In this document: positions 1-8,262 of the stretch, in pieces
Layout: every line of letters starts with the position of its first letter
Position numbering within the stretch: position 1 is the first letter of the stretch
DNA from: Spirochaetota bacterium
GTDB taxonomy: Bacteria > Spirochaetota > UBA4802 > UB4802
Length of the DNA stretch: 37,450 bases
NCBI GenBank assembly: GCA_018399855.1
Contig: JAGYNX010000001.1
Location: 1 to 37,450, forward strand
Reading direction: 5' to 3'
Program-made: the position numbers and the translations under genes
Notes under the pieces: model-generated
The model's database searches: none
What the model was told of the DNA's origin: nothing
The model's input: the letters and a program-made list of their open reading frames with translations, nothing else

Positions 1-127
1 ATTTTAAAAAATGATTTCATATAATGTCGCAACTGTCAAGAAATTTATAAAAGCTTTATCGAAAGGTTATTGAATCAGCATGACGGGACAACCGGGAAAA
101 GAAGGGATGCCCCGTCATTATGTACCA

Positions 128-1486
128 TTAAAATACCAGCGTTACACCGCCCATGGCGAATGTTCTGTTATCAGCGCTGTCCGGGAATGCGTCTCCCGGG
201 AGAAACACCGCGTACCCGGCAAAGATGGAAAAATCATACAATATTTTCCACCTGAGAAGCAGGTCGCCTCCGTGACCAACGAACCGCTCGGGCTCGGATG
301 CTTCCCCGCTGTTGATTGTTCCCGTGACCCGATGTTTCATGTAGTAACTGTACTTGGCGGTAAGGGAAAGGCGCTGCAGCCAGAACTGCTCCATACCCGA
401 AAACGGGGTAAATGACCCCCCGCCCCGTATCACGTGCAGGTTGGCAAGCTGCGGCCTGAGAGCGTATCCCCCCACGTAGGTTCCGAAACCGAGAAAGCCC
501 GTATCATTTCCCCGCACATTTGCCCGTGGGTCCATGTAGCTTGTCTTGTCTTCATCGCCGGATCCGAAGGCATACTGAAATATAAGTGAGGGATTCAACT
601 GGTATGGCAGAAACCAGTTCACCCCCGCCTGTGCCGCGAAGGCCTGCATGTCTGATTCCTCGTTACCTGTAGTATAACTGGTACCCATTTCATACACGCC
701 TTCCGCGTAATAATCCAGCGAATCAGATATAACTCCCCTGACACCCAGACCATAATACTGTGACTGGTAACGGCTCTTGCGGTCGCTCTCCTGGTCACCC
801 ATGTCCACCTGTGCAACCCCAAGGACATAAATCTCCTGGTTACCGATGCCCCGTGACAGGGTTCCACCCGCGAATACCCGTTTTGCACCATCAGAATAAT
901 CCCTGGTACTCAGGTTGTATGGATTGGTGTCCTCCTGGAAAAAGCCCGTGTATGCACCAAACAACTTAAGGTTTACTATGGATGAATACAGTTTCACCTC
1001 TGCCCCGTCGGCCCGGTCATTCATCACCAGTCCTGTTCCCACAAGAAAATATTTTCTTCCGAGGAACAGCTGCAGGGTGCTGTCATCACTTCTGAATCCA
1101 ATATATCCAAGGTCAAGGTCCACTGAATTATCGTTCTCAATATCACGGTATTCCTGGTATAATTCAGCCAGGTATATATCTCTTCCCCTGACATACATGA
1201 ATACGTTTTCTGAAAAAGCCATCTGCAGCCATAGCCGAACCTGGGTGAGGGACGTGGTCAGCGTGGTTCCCTCTTGACGTTCGTCAAGAACCGTAGAGGT
1301 AACCCATCCCCCGTATTGGGGTATGAATGGCTGCACGGCAGGTTTCAGTTTCTGCATGTCCTCGTCAACCTGGAATTCCGGGAAAAGCTCTTCACCAGGG
1401 GTACCAACCTCTTCCTGTGCCCATGATGCTCCGGTTATAAAGGTGAACACGAACAACATCAGCATGAATGATAACAACCGTTTCAT
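128..1486 (-). CDS. Outer-membrane beta-barrel protein, 452 aa (AlgE/alginate-export-like porin is only a family guess)
   Basis: Sec signal MKRLLSFMLMLFVFTFITGASWA/QEE. Gly/Tyr/Asp-rich amphipathic strand pattern over the whole length. C-terminus GGVTLVF ends in Phe, as in an OMP beta-signal. ATGA start/stop overlap with the upstream gene at 1483-1486, with GGAGG upstream. Confidence 0.8.
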   Translation of the reverse strand: MKRLLSFMLMLFVFTFITGASWAQEEVGTPGEELFPEFQVDEDMQKLKPAVQPFIPQYGGWVTSTVLDERQEGTTLTTSLTQVRLWLQMAFSENVFMYVRGRDIYLAELYQEYRDIENDNSVDLDLGYIGFRSDDSTLQLFLGRKYFLVGTGLVMNDRADGAEVKLYSSIVNLKLFGAYTGFFQEDTNPYNLSTRDYSDGAKRVFAGGTLSRGIGNQEIYVLGVAQVDMGDQESDRKSRYQSQYYGLGVRGVISDSLDYYAEGVYEMGTSYTTGNEESDMQAFAAQAGVNWFLPYQLNPSLIFQYAFGSGDEDKTSYMDPRANVRGNDTGFLGFGTYVGGYALRPQLANLHVIRGGGSFTPFSGMEQFWLQRLSLTAKYSYYMKHRVTGTINSGEASEPERFVGHGGDLLLRWKILYDFSIFAGYAVFLPGDAFPDSADNRTFAMGGVTLVF

Positions 1487-1941
1487 TCTTCACCTCCCCC
1501 GGCCAGCACCGACACCTTTGACATGATCTCAACAAGTTCTCCCCCGCTTAAGAGGTTCCACTCACCCGCCTCATGTGCCATGATATTATTGGCCACACAG
1601 GCCCTGAAGGCATACCTGTTTGAGGGGATAAGAAAATACATGAGTGAATCATTCAAATCAAGGTATCTTGCGATCATACGGGCCAGTTGCCCCTGTCTGA
1701 TGGGATCATTCTCTGCAAGATTTTCATCTTTCACAATATTTCTTTTTTTCAGTGTGGCCACATTCGCGTCAAACCCCCGGTTACGCTCATCAAGAATCAG
1801 CACGAACATGCTTACCGCCTCCCCCGTATTCACCACCGGTTTATCGGCTATCTCGTTTATGAGGGCCACGTTGGCTGCTCCCTGGGCGAAAAGAATTGCC
1901 GGAAACAGGAGTATAATCAGTAATACCTGCACCTTCCTCAT
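1483..1941 (-). CDS. Small secreted protein of unknown function, 152 aa
   Basis: Signal peptide MRKVQVLLIILLFPAILFA/QG. GGGGAGG lies in the 9-nt gap after the FecR-like stop. Translationally coupled to the OMP gene. No family recognised. Confidence 0.7.
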   Translation of the reverse strand: MRKVQVLLIILLFPAILFAQGAANVALINEIADKPVVNTGEAVSMFVLILDERNRGFDANVATLKKRNIVKDENLAENDPIRQGQLARMIARYLDLNDSLMYFLIPSNRYAFRACVANNIMAHEAGEWNLLSGGELVEIMSKVSVLAGGGEE

Positions 1942-1950
1942 GTCCTCCCC

Positions 1951-2688
1951 CTATTCTATCCAGTTGACAATCAGGTTAACCGAGGCCATCCCTTCAAGCT
2001 GCTGATCCAATACATCCCCGGGATTCTGTGGTCCTGCACCCAGGTCACCGCCGAAGTTATTGAAGAAATCTTTCTCAGCATCAGTAAGGTTGTCGGGATA
2101 AATGGGTATCCATGATTTATCCTGCAGCCACCATAACAACGGACGTGGGGCACCCTTTCCAGCAGGCAGGTTGAACTTTCTGTCACCGGTCAGCCGGGTG
2201 AAAACACCCTTATTATTGCCGGCCCAGACCGTGCCGCTTGGCGCATGCACCAGCATTCCCGTTCTAACCCCATAAAAGATATTTTCTTCGGTTCCCCGCA
2301 CACTGGATGTGGCAACAGGCGTACTCACCTTGAACCTGGTTTTCAATTTACCAACACGCTTGATACGGGCATTGATTGACCCGTACTTGATACCCACATG
2401 CGTGTTAGATCCTTTTTTCGTTATCTTGTGGGCGTATACTTTCATGGTGGTCAACTGTTTCACCCGTAACATACTTTTGTCAACGGCAAGAACCGCACGA
2501 GACCCCGCACCGGTACTTATCAGTGTACCGTCACCCAGTTTCTGCCCTTTGCGCAGGTTTAACCACTTCCCCGATTTTTTATATGCCGCATCACCTTTAA
2601 CTGAAATAACACGAATTTCAGCGAATGCCATGCTGGCTATAAACAAAACAGCAATGACAATTCCCGTAATACTGATAAGGTATTTCAT
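1951..2688 (-). CDS. FecR-domain protein (membrane-anchored or secreted)
   Basis: Track ORF 1951..2748 trimmed to the ATG at 2688, which is preceded by AAGGAGGA. N-terminal anchor MKYLISITGIVIAVLFIASMAFA. The segment EIRVISVKGDAAYKKSGKWLNLRKGQKLGDGTLISTGAGSRAVL looks like the FecR (PF04773) sensor domain. Confidence 0.75.
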   Translation of the reverse strand: MKYLISITGIVIAVLFIASMAFAEIRVISVKGDAAYKKSGKWLNLRKGQKLGDGTLISTGAGSRAVLAVDKSMLRVKQLTTMKVYAHKITKKGSNTHVGIKYGSINARIKRVGKLKTRFKVSTPVATSSVRGTEENIFYGVRTGMLVHAPSGTVWAGNNKGVFTRLTGDRKFNLPAGKGAPRPLLWWLQDKSWIPIYPDNLTDAEKDFFNNFGGDLGAGPQNPGDVLDQQLEGMASVNLIVNWIE

Positions 2689-2950
2689 GCCATCCTCCTT
2701 CTCACACTTTTTTCCTTCGAGCAACATCAGCAAATCACTTTTAATCAAAAAACATACTGAAAATCTGGCACAGGAACAAATAATTTTACATGTATAATAA
2801 AGTTAGATATTATTAAAGATGGGTGTTTGCCTATAGTAGTATTGTATGTTCTATTTGTAAAACAAAAAAACTTACTGAAAAAATTATATTGCAATTACCG
2901 GCATATTTTCATTACATGCTATACAAATACTATTCTGGTTAAAACAATAT

Positions 2951-3802
2951 ATGGACATCGCAAAAAAATATCAACAAGAACAGGTCATTTCATTCGAGGT
3001 TTTCCCACCAAAGACAGAAAAGGGAATGCAGAATCTCATCTCGGCTCTTACTGACCTTAAAAAATACAACCCGGGTTTTATATCCGTCACCTACGGGGCG
3101 GGTGGATCCACCCGTGAGAAAACCCTTGAAATTGCCCTGATTATACAGGATCAGCTGAAAATGATGCCGCTTGTACATTTCACCTGTGTTGGTTCAGGAC
3201 GCGAAGAGATCCGTGAATACCTTGAACACGTAAAAAAACTTGGCATCAGAAATATTATGGCCCTTCGCGGCGATCCCCCATCAGGTGAAGTCTCGTTTAC
3301 ACCACACCCTGACGGCTTTTCGTACGCCAATGAACTTGTGGAATACATTCGTGATATCGATGGTTTCACCATCGGAGTGGCGGGATATCCCGAGGGACAC
3401 ATTGAAGCCCCGGATATTGCCACTGACATCGCCAACCTCAAGAAAAAGGTTGATGCCGGCTCTGATTTTATTATTACCCAGCTTTTTTTCGACAACGATG
3501 ATTTTTTCCGCTTCGTTGACAGGGCACGGGCTGCGGGTATCGATGTTCCAATTGTTCCCGGAATAATGCCGGTTACTAATTTCAACCAGATAGAGAAGGT
3601 AACCCAGATGTGCGCGCCGAAAATACCCGGCACACTTACCCGTTCCCTTGAACAGTGTGATTCTCGGGATGACATGTGCCAGGCCGGTATCCAGTACACT
3701 ATTACCCAGTGCCGCCAGTTGCAAGAACAGGGGATTCCGGGTTTTCACTTTTACACGCTGAACAGGTCAGGTGTTGTAGGCACCATCCTGGATGCACTGT
3801 AA
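2951..3802 (+). CDS. metF: 5,10-methylenetetrahydrofolate reductase
   Basis: Typical MetF N-terminus ISFEVFPPKTEKG and ISVTYGAGGSTREKT. 283 aa covers the full TIM-barrel length. Confidence 0.9.
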   Translation: MDIAKKYQQEQVISFEVFPPKTEKGMQNLISALTDLKKYNPGFISVTYGAGGSTREKTLEIALIIQDQLKMMPLVHFTCVGSGREEIREYLEHVKKLGIRNIMALRGDPPSGEVSFTPHPDGFSYANELVEYIRDIDGFTIGVAGYPEGHIEAPDIATDIANLKKKVDAGSDFIITQLFFDNDDFFRFVDRARAAGIDVPIVPGIMPVTNFNQIEKVTQMCAPKIPGTLTRSLEQCDSRDDMCQAGIQYTITQCRQLQEQGIPGFHFYTLNRSGVVGTILDAL

Positions 3803-3877
3803 TCATTTCTAACCGGCATTCACTGTTGCATTTACTGTCATCATCCTGTATAGTTTTATATACAAAAGGAGGCACCC

Positions 3878-4780
3878 ATGGGTAACAGGCGCATACCGTT
3901 ATATCTTTACGCTGGAATAGCACTCATTGTGTTTATGCAGGCATGCCTTATCTTCCAGGTTGACAGTGTCACCAGGTGGGCAACGCCGGTACTCTGGACG
4001 GGACTCATCCTTGCATTCGATGCCATACTGCGGGGTGCAAGGGGGTTTTCTTATCTTACCACCAGGGCAATCTTCCCTGTTGCCCTCATCTCGGTGATCA
4101 GCTGGTGGATGTTTGAATGGTTCAACATCTTTCTTTCTAACTGGCACTATATACACCTCGCCCAGCCCCTTTCACTTCGTTACCTGGGCTATGCCTGGTC
4201 TTTTGCCACCATCACTCCAGGTGTCCTTTTAACATACGGGATCATTCGAATTATAATGAAGGATATACACTGGAAACCATTGAAGGTCACCCGGGGGCTG
4301 CTGGTTACCCTCTTCGTGATGGGCTTTTTCTTCCTGGCAATACCCATTATCCCCTTTTCCATGTATTTCAGCGGAAGGGCAGCCGACCCCGACCTCTTCT
4401 TCTGGCTGGAATGGGCACGCAATACTTACCTGGCAGAATATACTGCCGCATTCGTCTGGACAGGACTGGTGATGATACTTGAGCCCCTGAATTACCTGCT
4501 TGGAGGACCTTCACTGCTCAGGTCTATGCAGAAAGGCAACTATACATCCCTGGTGGGCCTGACCCTGGCAGGCCTGGCCTGCGGCTACCTCTGGGAATTC
4601 TGGAATTTCTGGGCCCATACAAAGTGGTATTACACCGTTCCCATTTTGGGACATGTCAAGTTGTTTGAGATGCCAATACTTGGATACGGAGGGTTTATAA
4701 CATTCGCGTGGGAACTCTACGCCCTTGTATCATTGCTGTACCCCAGAGCAATCCTCATAGTTGAGGGGCCTGAACAATAA
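3878..4780 (+). CDS. Polytopic integral membrane protein, unknown family
   Basis: AAGGAGG sits 6 nt upstream of the ATG. About 8 hydrophobic segments. Trp/aromatic-rich motifs WWMFEWFN and WEFWNFWAHTKWYY. Confidence 0.75.
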   Translation: MGNRRIPLYLYAGIALIVFMQACLIFQVDSVTRWATPVLWTGLILAFDAILRGARGFSYLTTRAIFPVALISVISWWMFEWFNIFLSNWHYIHLAQPLSLRYLGYAWSFATITPGVLLTYGIIRIIMKDIHWKPLKVTRGLLVTLFVMGFFFLAIPIIPFSMYFSGRAADPDLFFWLEWARNTYLAEYTAAFVWTGLVMILEPLNYLLGGPSLLRSMQKGNYTSLVGLTLAGLACGYLWEFWNFWAHTKWYYTVPILGHVKLFEMPILGYGGFITFAWELYALVSLLYPRAILIVEGPEQ

Positions 4781-4796
4781 AATTCCGAGGGAAAAA

Positions 4797-6458
4797 ATGA
4801 GCACCATCATCGTGACCGGTCACAAAAATCCTGATACCGATTCTGTGTGTTCGGCATACTGCTACGCCAGCCTTAAAAACACGATTGACGGTAAAAATAA
4901 CTACCTGCCGGCAAGGTGCGGCCATCTTAACCGGCAGACAAAATATATCTTCCAGCATCTTGAAATAACTCCGCCTGAATTCGTCAGGGATATCTACCCC
5001 AGGGTAGTTGACGCCATGACCCAGTCTGTTATCTCTGTACATGAGAACGAACCCGTATTCAAAGTATTGCAATACATAGAAGAGATGCGCATACGCCTGG
5101 TACCGGTTATCAGCGATAACAATATTTTCAGGGGAATAGTCAGCCTTTACGAGCTTACCGTCACCGAACTGCTGGGCTCTGAGGACATAACCAAAAAACC
5201 GGAATACCTTATCCGTCCTGAAAACTTTCCCGAAGTCATTCCCGGACACTTTTTTACCCGGGGCACAACAGAGGAATTCAGGGCCGAGATCATTATCGGG
5301 GCCATGCATTTTGAACGTTCCATTGAGCTGATGAAACAGCTGAAGCCAGAAAAAACTATCCTGGTTGTCGGCAACCGTACTGGCATAATTCAGTTCGCTA
5401 TTGAAAACCAGTTTCCCGCCATAATAATCACCGGGGTAACACACAAAAAAGAAATCGAGGCCGATTTTTCCGATTACCGGGGGTGGGTATACCTTTCACA
5501 GGTAGATACCGCCGATACCCACAGGCGGCTTAACCTGAGCATCCCGGTGAAATCAATTATGACAACAGATCTTCCATCGGTAACTGAAAATGATTACCTC
5601 GACCACGCCCGTGAAATGCTGATGCAGGTTGATTACAAGGGACTGCCGGTACTTGAGGGGGAAAAGCTGGTGGGTATTATCACCAGGTCTGACATCATAC
5701 AGCGAAAGTCCCGCAAACTCATTCTCACCGATCATAACGAGTTGTCGCAGGCCATTGATGGAGCCGAAAGCGCTGAAATTGTTGAGATCATCGATCATCA
5801 TCGCCTGGGCACCATACGCACCCGTACCCCCATTTACGTGTACGCCAAACCGGTGGGAAGCACCTGTACCCTGGTATACCAGCTTTACCGGTTCAATGAA
5901 CAGAACATTCCCCCGTCAATTGCCGGCCTGCTCATGTCAGGGATCCTCTCAGATACGGCCATACTTAAATCACCAACCACAACGGGGGAGGACGTTGCCG
6001 CTATCAGGGAACTTTCCGAAATTGCCGGAATCGATTATCAGAAACTGGGCTATGATATGTTCGCTTCCACCGACTCCCTGAAAACCATGGACCCGCAGAA
6101 AGTGGTGGCATCTGACTTCAAGGAATATGCCGAGTTCGGCATAAAAGTAGGAATCGGGCAGGTAGAGGTGGTAACCCTGTCCGACCTGGATGAAGTTCGT
6201 GAGGGTCTTTTTCACGCCCTTGAAGAAATCCGCCGTGACAGGCAACTCGACTGGACCATGCTGATGGTAACCAATATTTTGGAAGAAGACAGCATACTTC
6301 TCACAACCGACATGCCAAAGGCAGAAAAAAAGCTGAGTTACCCGCGAATTGAGAAGAACATCTTCGACCTTCCCGGAGTACTTTCACGAAAAAAACAGCT
6401 GCTGCCTGAAATTCTCCGCGTACTGGAAGAAATGAACAGGGAACGGTCAGTTTCCTAA
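4797..6458 (+). CDS. CBS-domain-containing family II inorganic pyrophosphatase (DHH / CBS pair / DHHA2)
   Basis: Track ORF trimmed to the ATG at 4797 (MSTIIVTGHKNPDTDSVCSAYCYA = DHH motifs I-II). Also LTDHNE and IIDHHRLG motifs, central CBS-like repeats, and a DHHA2-like C-terminus. Confidence 0.85.
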   Translation: MSTIIVTGHKNPDTDSVCSAYCYASLKNTIDGKNNYLPARCGHLNRQTKYIFQHLEITPPEFVRDIYPRVVDAMTQSVISVHENEPVFKVLQYIEEMRIRLVPVISDNNIFRGIVSLYELTVTELLGSEDITKKPEYLIRPENFPEVIPGHFFTRGTTEEFRAEIIIGAMHFERSIELMKQLKPEKTILVVGNRTGIIQFAIENQFPAIIITGVTHKKEIEADFSDYRGWVYLSQVDTADTHRRLNLSIPVKSIMTTDLPSVTENDYLDHAREMLMQVDYKGLPVLEGEKLVGIITRSDIIQRKSRKLILTDHNELSQAIDGAESAEIVEIIDHHRLGTIRTRTPIYVYAKPVGSTCTLVYQLYRFNEQNIPPSIAGLLMSGILSDTAILKSPTTTGEDVAAIRELSEIAGIDYQKLGYDMFASTDSLKTMDPQKVVASDFKEYAEFGIKVGIGQVEVVTLSDLDEVREGLFHALEEIRRDRQLDWTMLMVTNILEEDSILLTTDMPKAEKKLSYPRIEKNIFDLPGVLSRKKQLLPEILRVLEEMNRERSVS

Positions 6459-6493
6459 GAAAAAGGAAGCCGAACATCGGGCACGCCTGTAAC

Positions 6494-7720
6494 TTATCTC
6501 TTCAATTCATATTCCACCACGGCCTTCAAAAATTCTTTCGGCGGAACACCCACCATCCTGGAACCGTTGATAAACAGGGTGGGGGTGGAGTTGATTGACA
6601 ATCCGGCAGCGGTCATTGCGTCCCTGCGGATACGCCTTTTTGTCCCCCCCCTTTCTGCATCGCTTTCAAGTTTCTGTGCCATCTCCCTGGATATTCCCAT
6701 GGCCCTGTATATTTCATCATAGCCTGCAAGAGACCCGTACATTTCCTCAATTCGATGATGACTGGTAAAATGTGCAAGCAGTACATCCTTGAATGCACCC
6801 ACGGCTGCGGCCGCCTGCAACGTGGCAGAAGCCCTGCATGAGCCCCGGTACATTGTTACATCCACGTCAGGATTACATGCCGCATCAAGGGGGTAATGAT
6901 AATACCGAAACACCACCTGGTCACCGAAGAGGGACAACAGGTATCGCTCAACCCTGAAAAACTGGTAACATGCCGAGCAGAGAAAATCTGTGAACACCAC
7001 CACTTCAACCTTCGCGCCGGGATTTCCAATAACCAGGCTGCTTTGCGGCAGGTCCAATTTTTCACGGGGGGTATCCCTGTACTGCGTCATGAACGATTCA
7101 ATAACCCGGGGGGGCGGCACCTCATCTCCATAGTATTCCACCAGCAGCAACGATGTGACAGAACCCAGGAGGAGGATACTGACTGAGAACAACATGAACA
7201 CACCCCCCGCGAACCGAAGGTGCCGCCTGGTGAGAATATCACAAGCATCCCGCAGAAATCTTTTCAGGATACCTGTATACGCTATTCCTTCAGCCCTGAG
7301 CCACAAAAAGAAGATAGCCAGAAGTGCAGCGTTTACCACGTAGGTTGCCACGCACAGTTCACACGCAGCGCCCATGCTGACCATCACCCCGGCCAGGAAG
7401 ACGTCAATCAGCAATGCAAGGAGGGTCACCATCATCATAATGCCGGCTGTTCGCTGCTGCCATTCCCGGTCAGCAGTCATTGCCACAACAGCAACCAGGA
7501 AAATCCATGCAAAAAAGACCCCTCCCAGTGCAGCCAGCGGCACACCGGCAATTTTCGAATATTTGCTTGCAGTCACCTCGAGGCATGTGCTCTGCCAGCC
7601 ATTGCCGCACACGGTTTGATTGATCAATGCCGGGTCGTTGAACTGCTCAACCAGCAGCAGCAGCGAAAGTGATAACCCGGCAAGGGAAAGCAGCATGACA
7701 ATGACAGCATATCGTTTCAT
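6494..7720 (-). CDS. Vitamin K epoxide reductase (VKOR) fused to a DsbA/thioredoxin-like domain
   Basis: N-terminal multi-TM domain with a loop Cys pair (CGNGWQSTC) and an in-membrane CELC redox motif. An extra TM is followed by a periplasmic thioredoxin-fold domain with FTDFLCSACYQF (CxxC). Confidence 0.8.
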   Translation of the reverse strand: MKRYAVIVMLLSLAGLSLSLLLLVEQFNDPALINQTVCGNGWQSTCLEVTASKYSKIAGVPLAALGGVFFAWIFLVAVVAMTADREWQQRTAGIMMMVTLLALLIDVFLAGVMVSMGAACELCVATYVVNAALLAIFFLWLRAEGIAYTGILKRFLRDACDILTRRHLRFAGGVFMLFSVSILLLGSVTSLLLVEYYGDEVPPPRVIESFMTQYRDTPREKLDLPQSSLVIGNPGAKVEVVVFTDFLCSACYQFFRVERYLLSLFGDQVVFRYYHYPLDAACNPDVDVTMYRGSCRASATLQAAAAVGAFKDVLLAHFTSHHRIEEMYGSLAGYDEIYRAMGISREMAQKLESDAERGGTKRRIRRDAMTAAGLSINSTPTLFINGSRMVGVPPKEFLKAVVEYELKR

Positions 7721-7845
7721 TATTAACCCAACACTTTCATATTTTTTTACATTTCATGTAATTTGTGTTTGAAATTAATTCTCAGTTAATTCATCATATT
7801 TACCTTGTCGGTTCAACAATTATTTATCATGATGGAGGATCATCC

Positions 7846-8130
7846 ATGAAAAAATACTCATGTTGCATTCTTGCCCTGCTTTTCCTGGCAGCGTCAGTCA
7901 CCCCCGTTATTTCCAAGTGCATGTACGGCAGAGACTGGGAAAAGAACGGGAAGAAGATTGTTGTATGTGTACAGGGCGACAGCTTTGCTGATAGAAAAAG
8001 GGGAAAAGAAGTATGTGAAAAAGTTAAGGGAAGCAGCTGTGACACACCAAGCACTTTTTCATCATCATGCGGAAATGGCACATGCTACGATGCTGACGGG
8101 AAAAATCACTATTCACTTTCAGGCTATTGA
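7846..8130 (+). CDS. Small Cys-rich secreted protein, 94 aa
   Basis: Track ORF trimmed to the ATG at 7846, preceded by GGAGGA. Signal peptide MKKYSCCILALLFLAASVTPVIS. Six Cys in the predicted mature part. A strong terminator follows. Confidence 0.65.
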   Translation: MKKYSCCILALLFLAASVTPVISKCMYGRDWEKNGKKIVVCVQGDSFADRKRGKEVCEKVKGSSCDTPSTFSSSCGNGTCYDADGKNHYSLSGY

Positions 8131-8169
8131 TTTATTTTTTTCTAAACAACAGTTATAGTATATTCAAAA

Positions 8170-8199
8170 GTCCTCCCGTAAAAAGGGAGGGCTTTTTTT
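8170..8199 (+). terminator. Rho-independent terminator
   Basis: An 8-bp GC-rich stem (GTCCTCCC / GGGAGGGC, including one G-U pair), a 7-nt loop, then a run of 7 T. Confidence 0.8.
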
Positions 8200-8262
8200 A
8201 CTTGCACTCTAACGAAACACCTGTTTCACTGTAGAAGAAATATCTTAACAGGAGCACTTGTT

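Noticed and set aside
80-118. Hairpin ATGACGGG..CCCGTCAT just downstream of the OMP gene stop, as a possible terminator (minus strand)
   Set aside because: It has an 8-bp stem with a 23-nt loop and no following U-tract. The evidence is too weak to annotate, and the window edge prevents seeing its context.
2749-2950. Riboswitch (for example SAM or folate-related) upstream of metF
   Set aside because: The region is strongly AT-rich, with no GC-paired helices or conserved-box sequences that I can recognise. It looks like a plain divergent promoter region.
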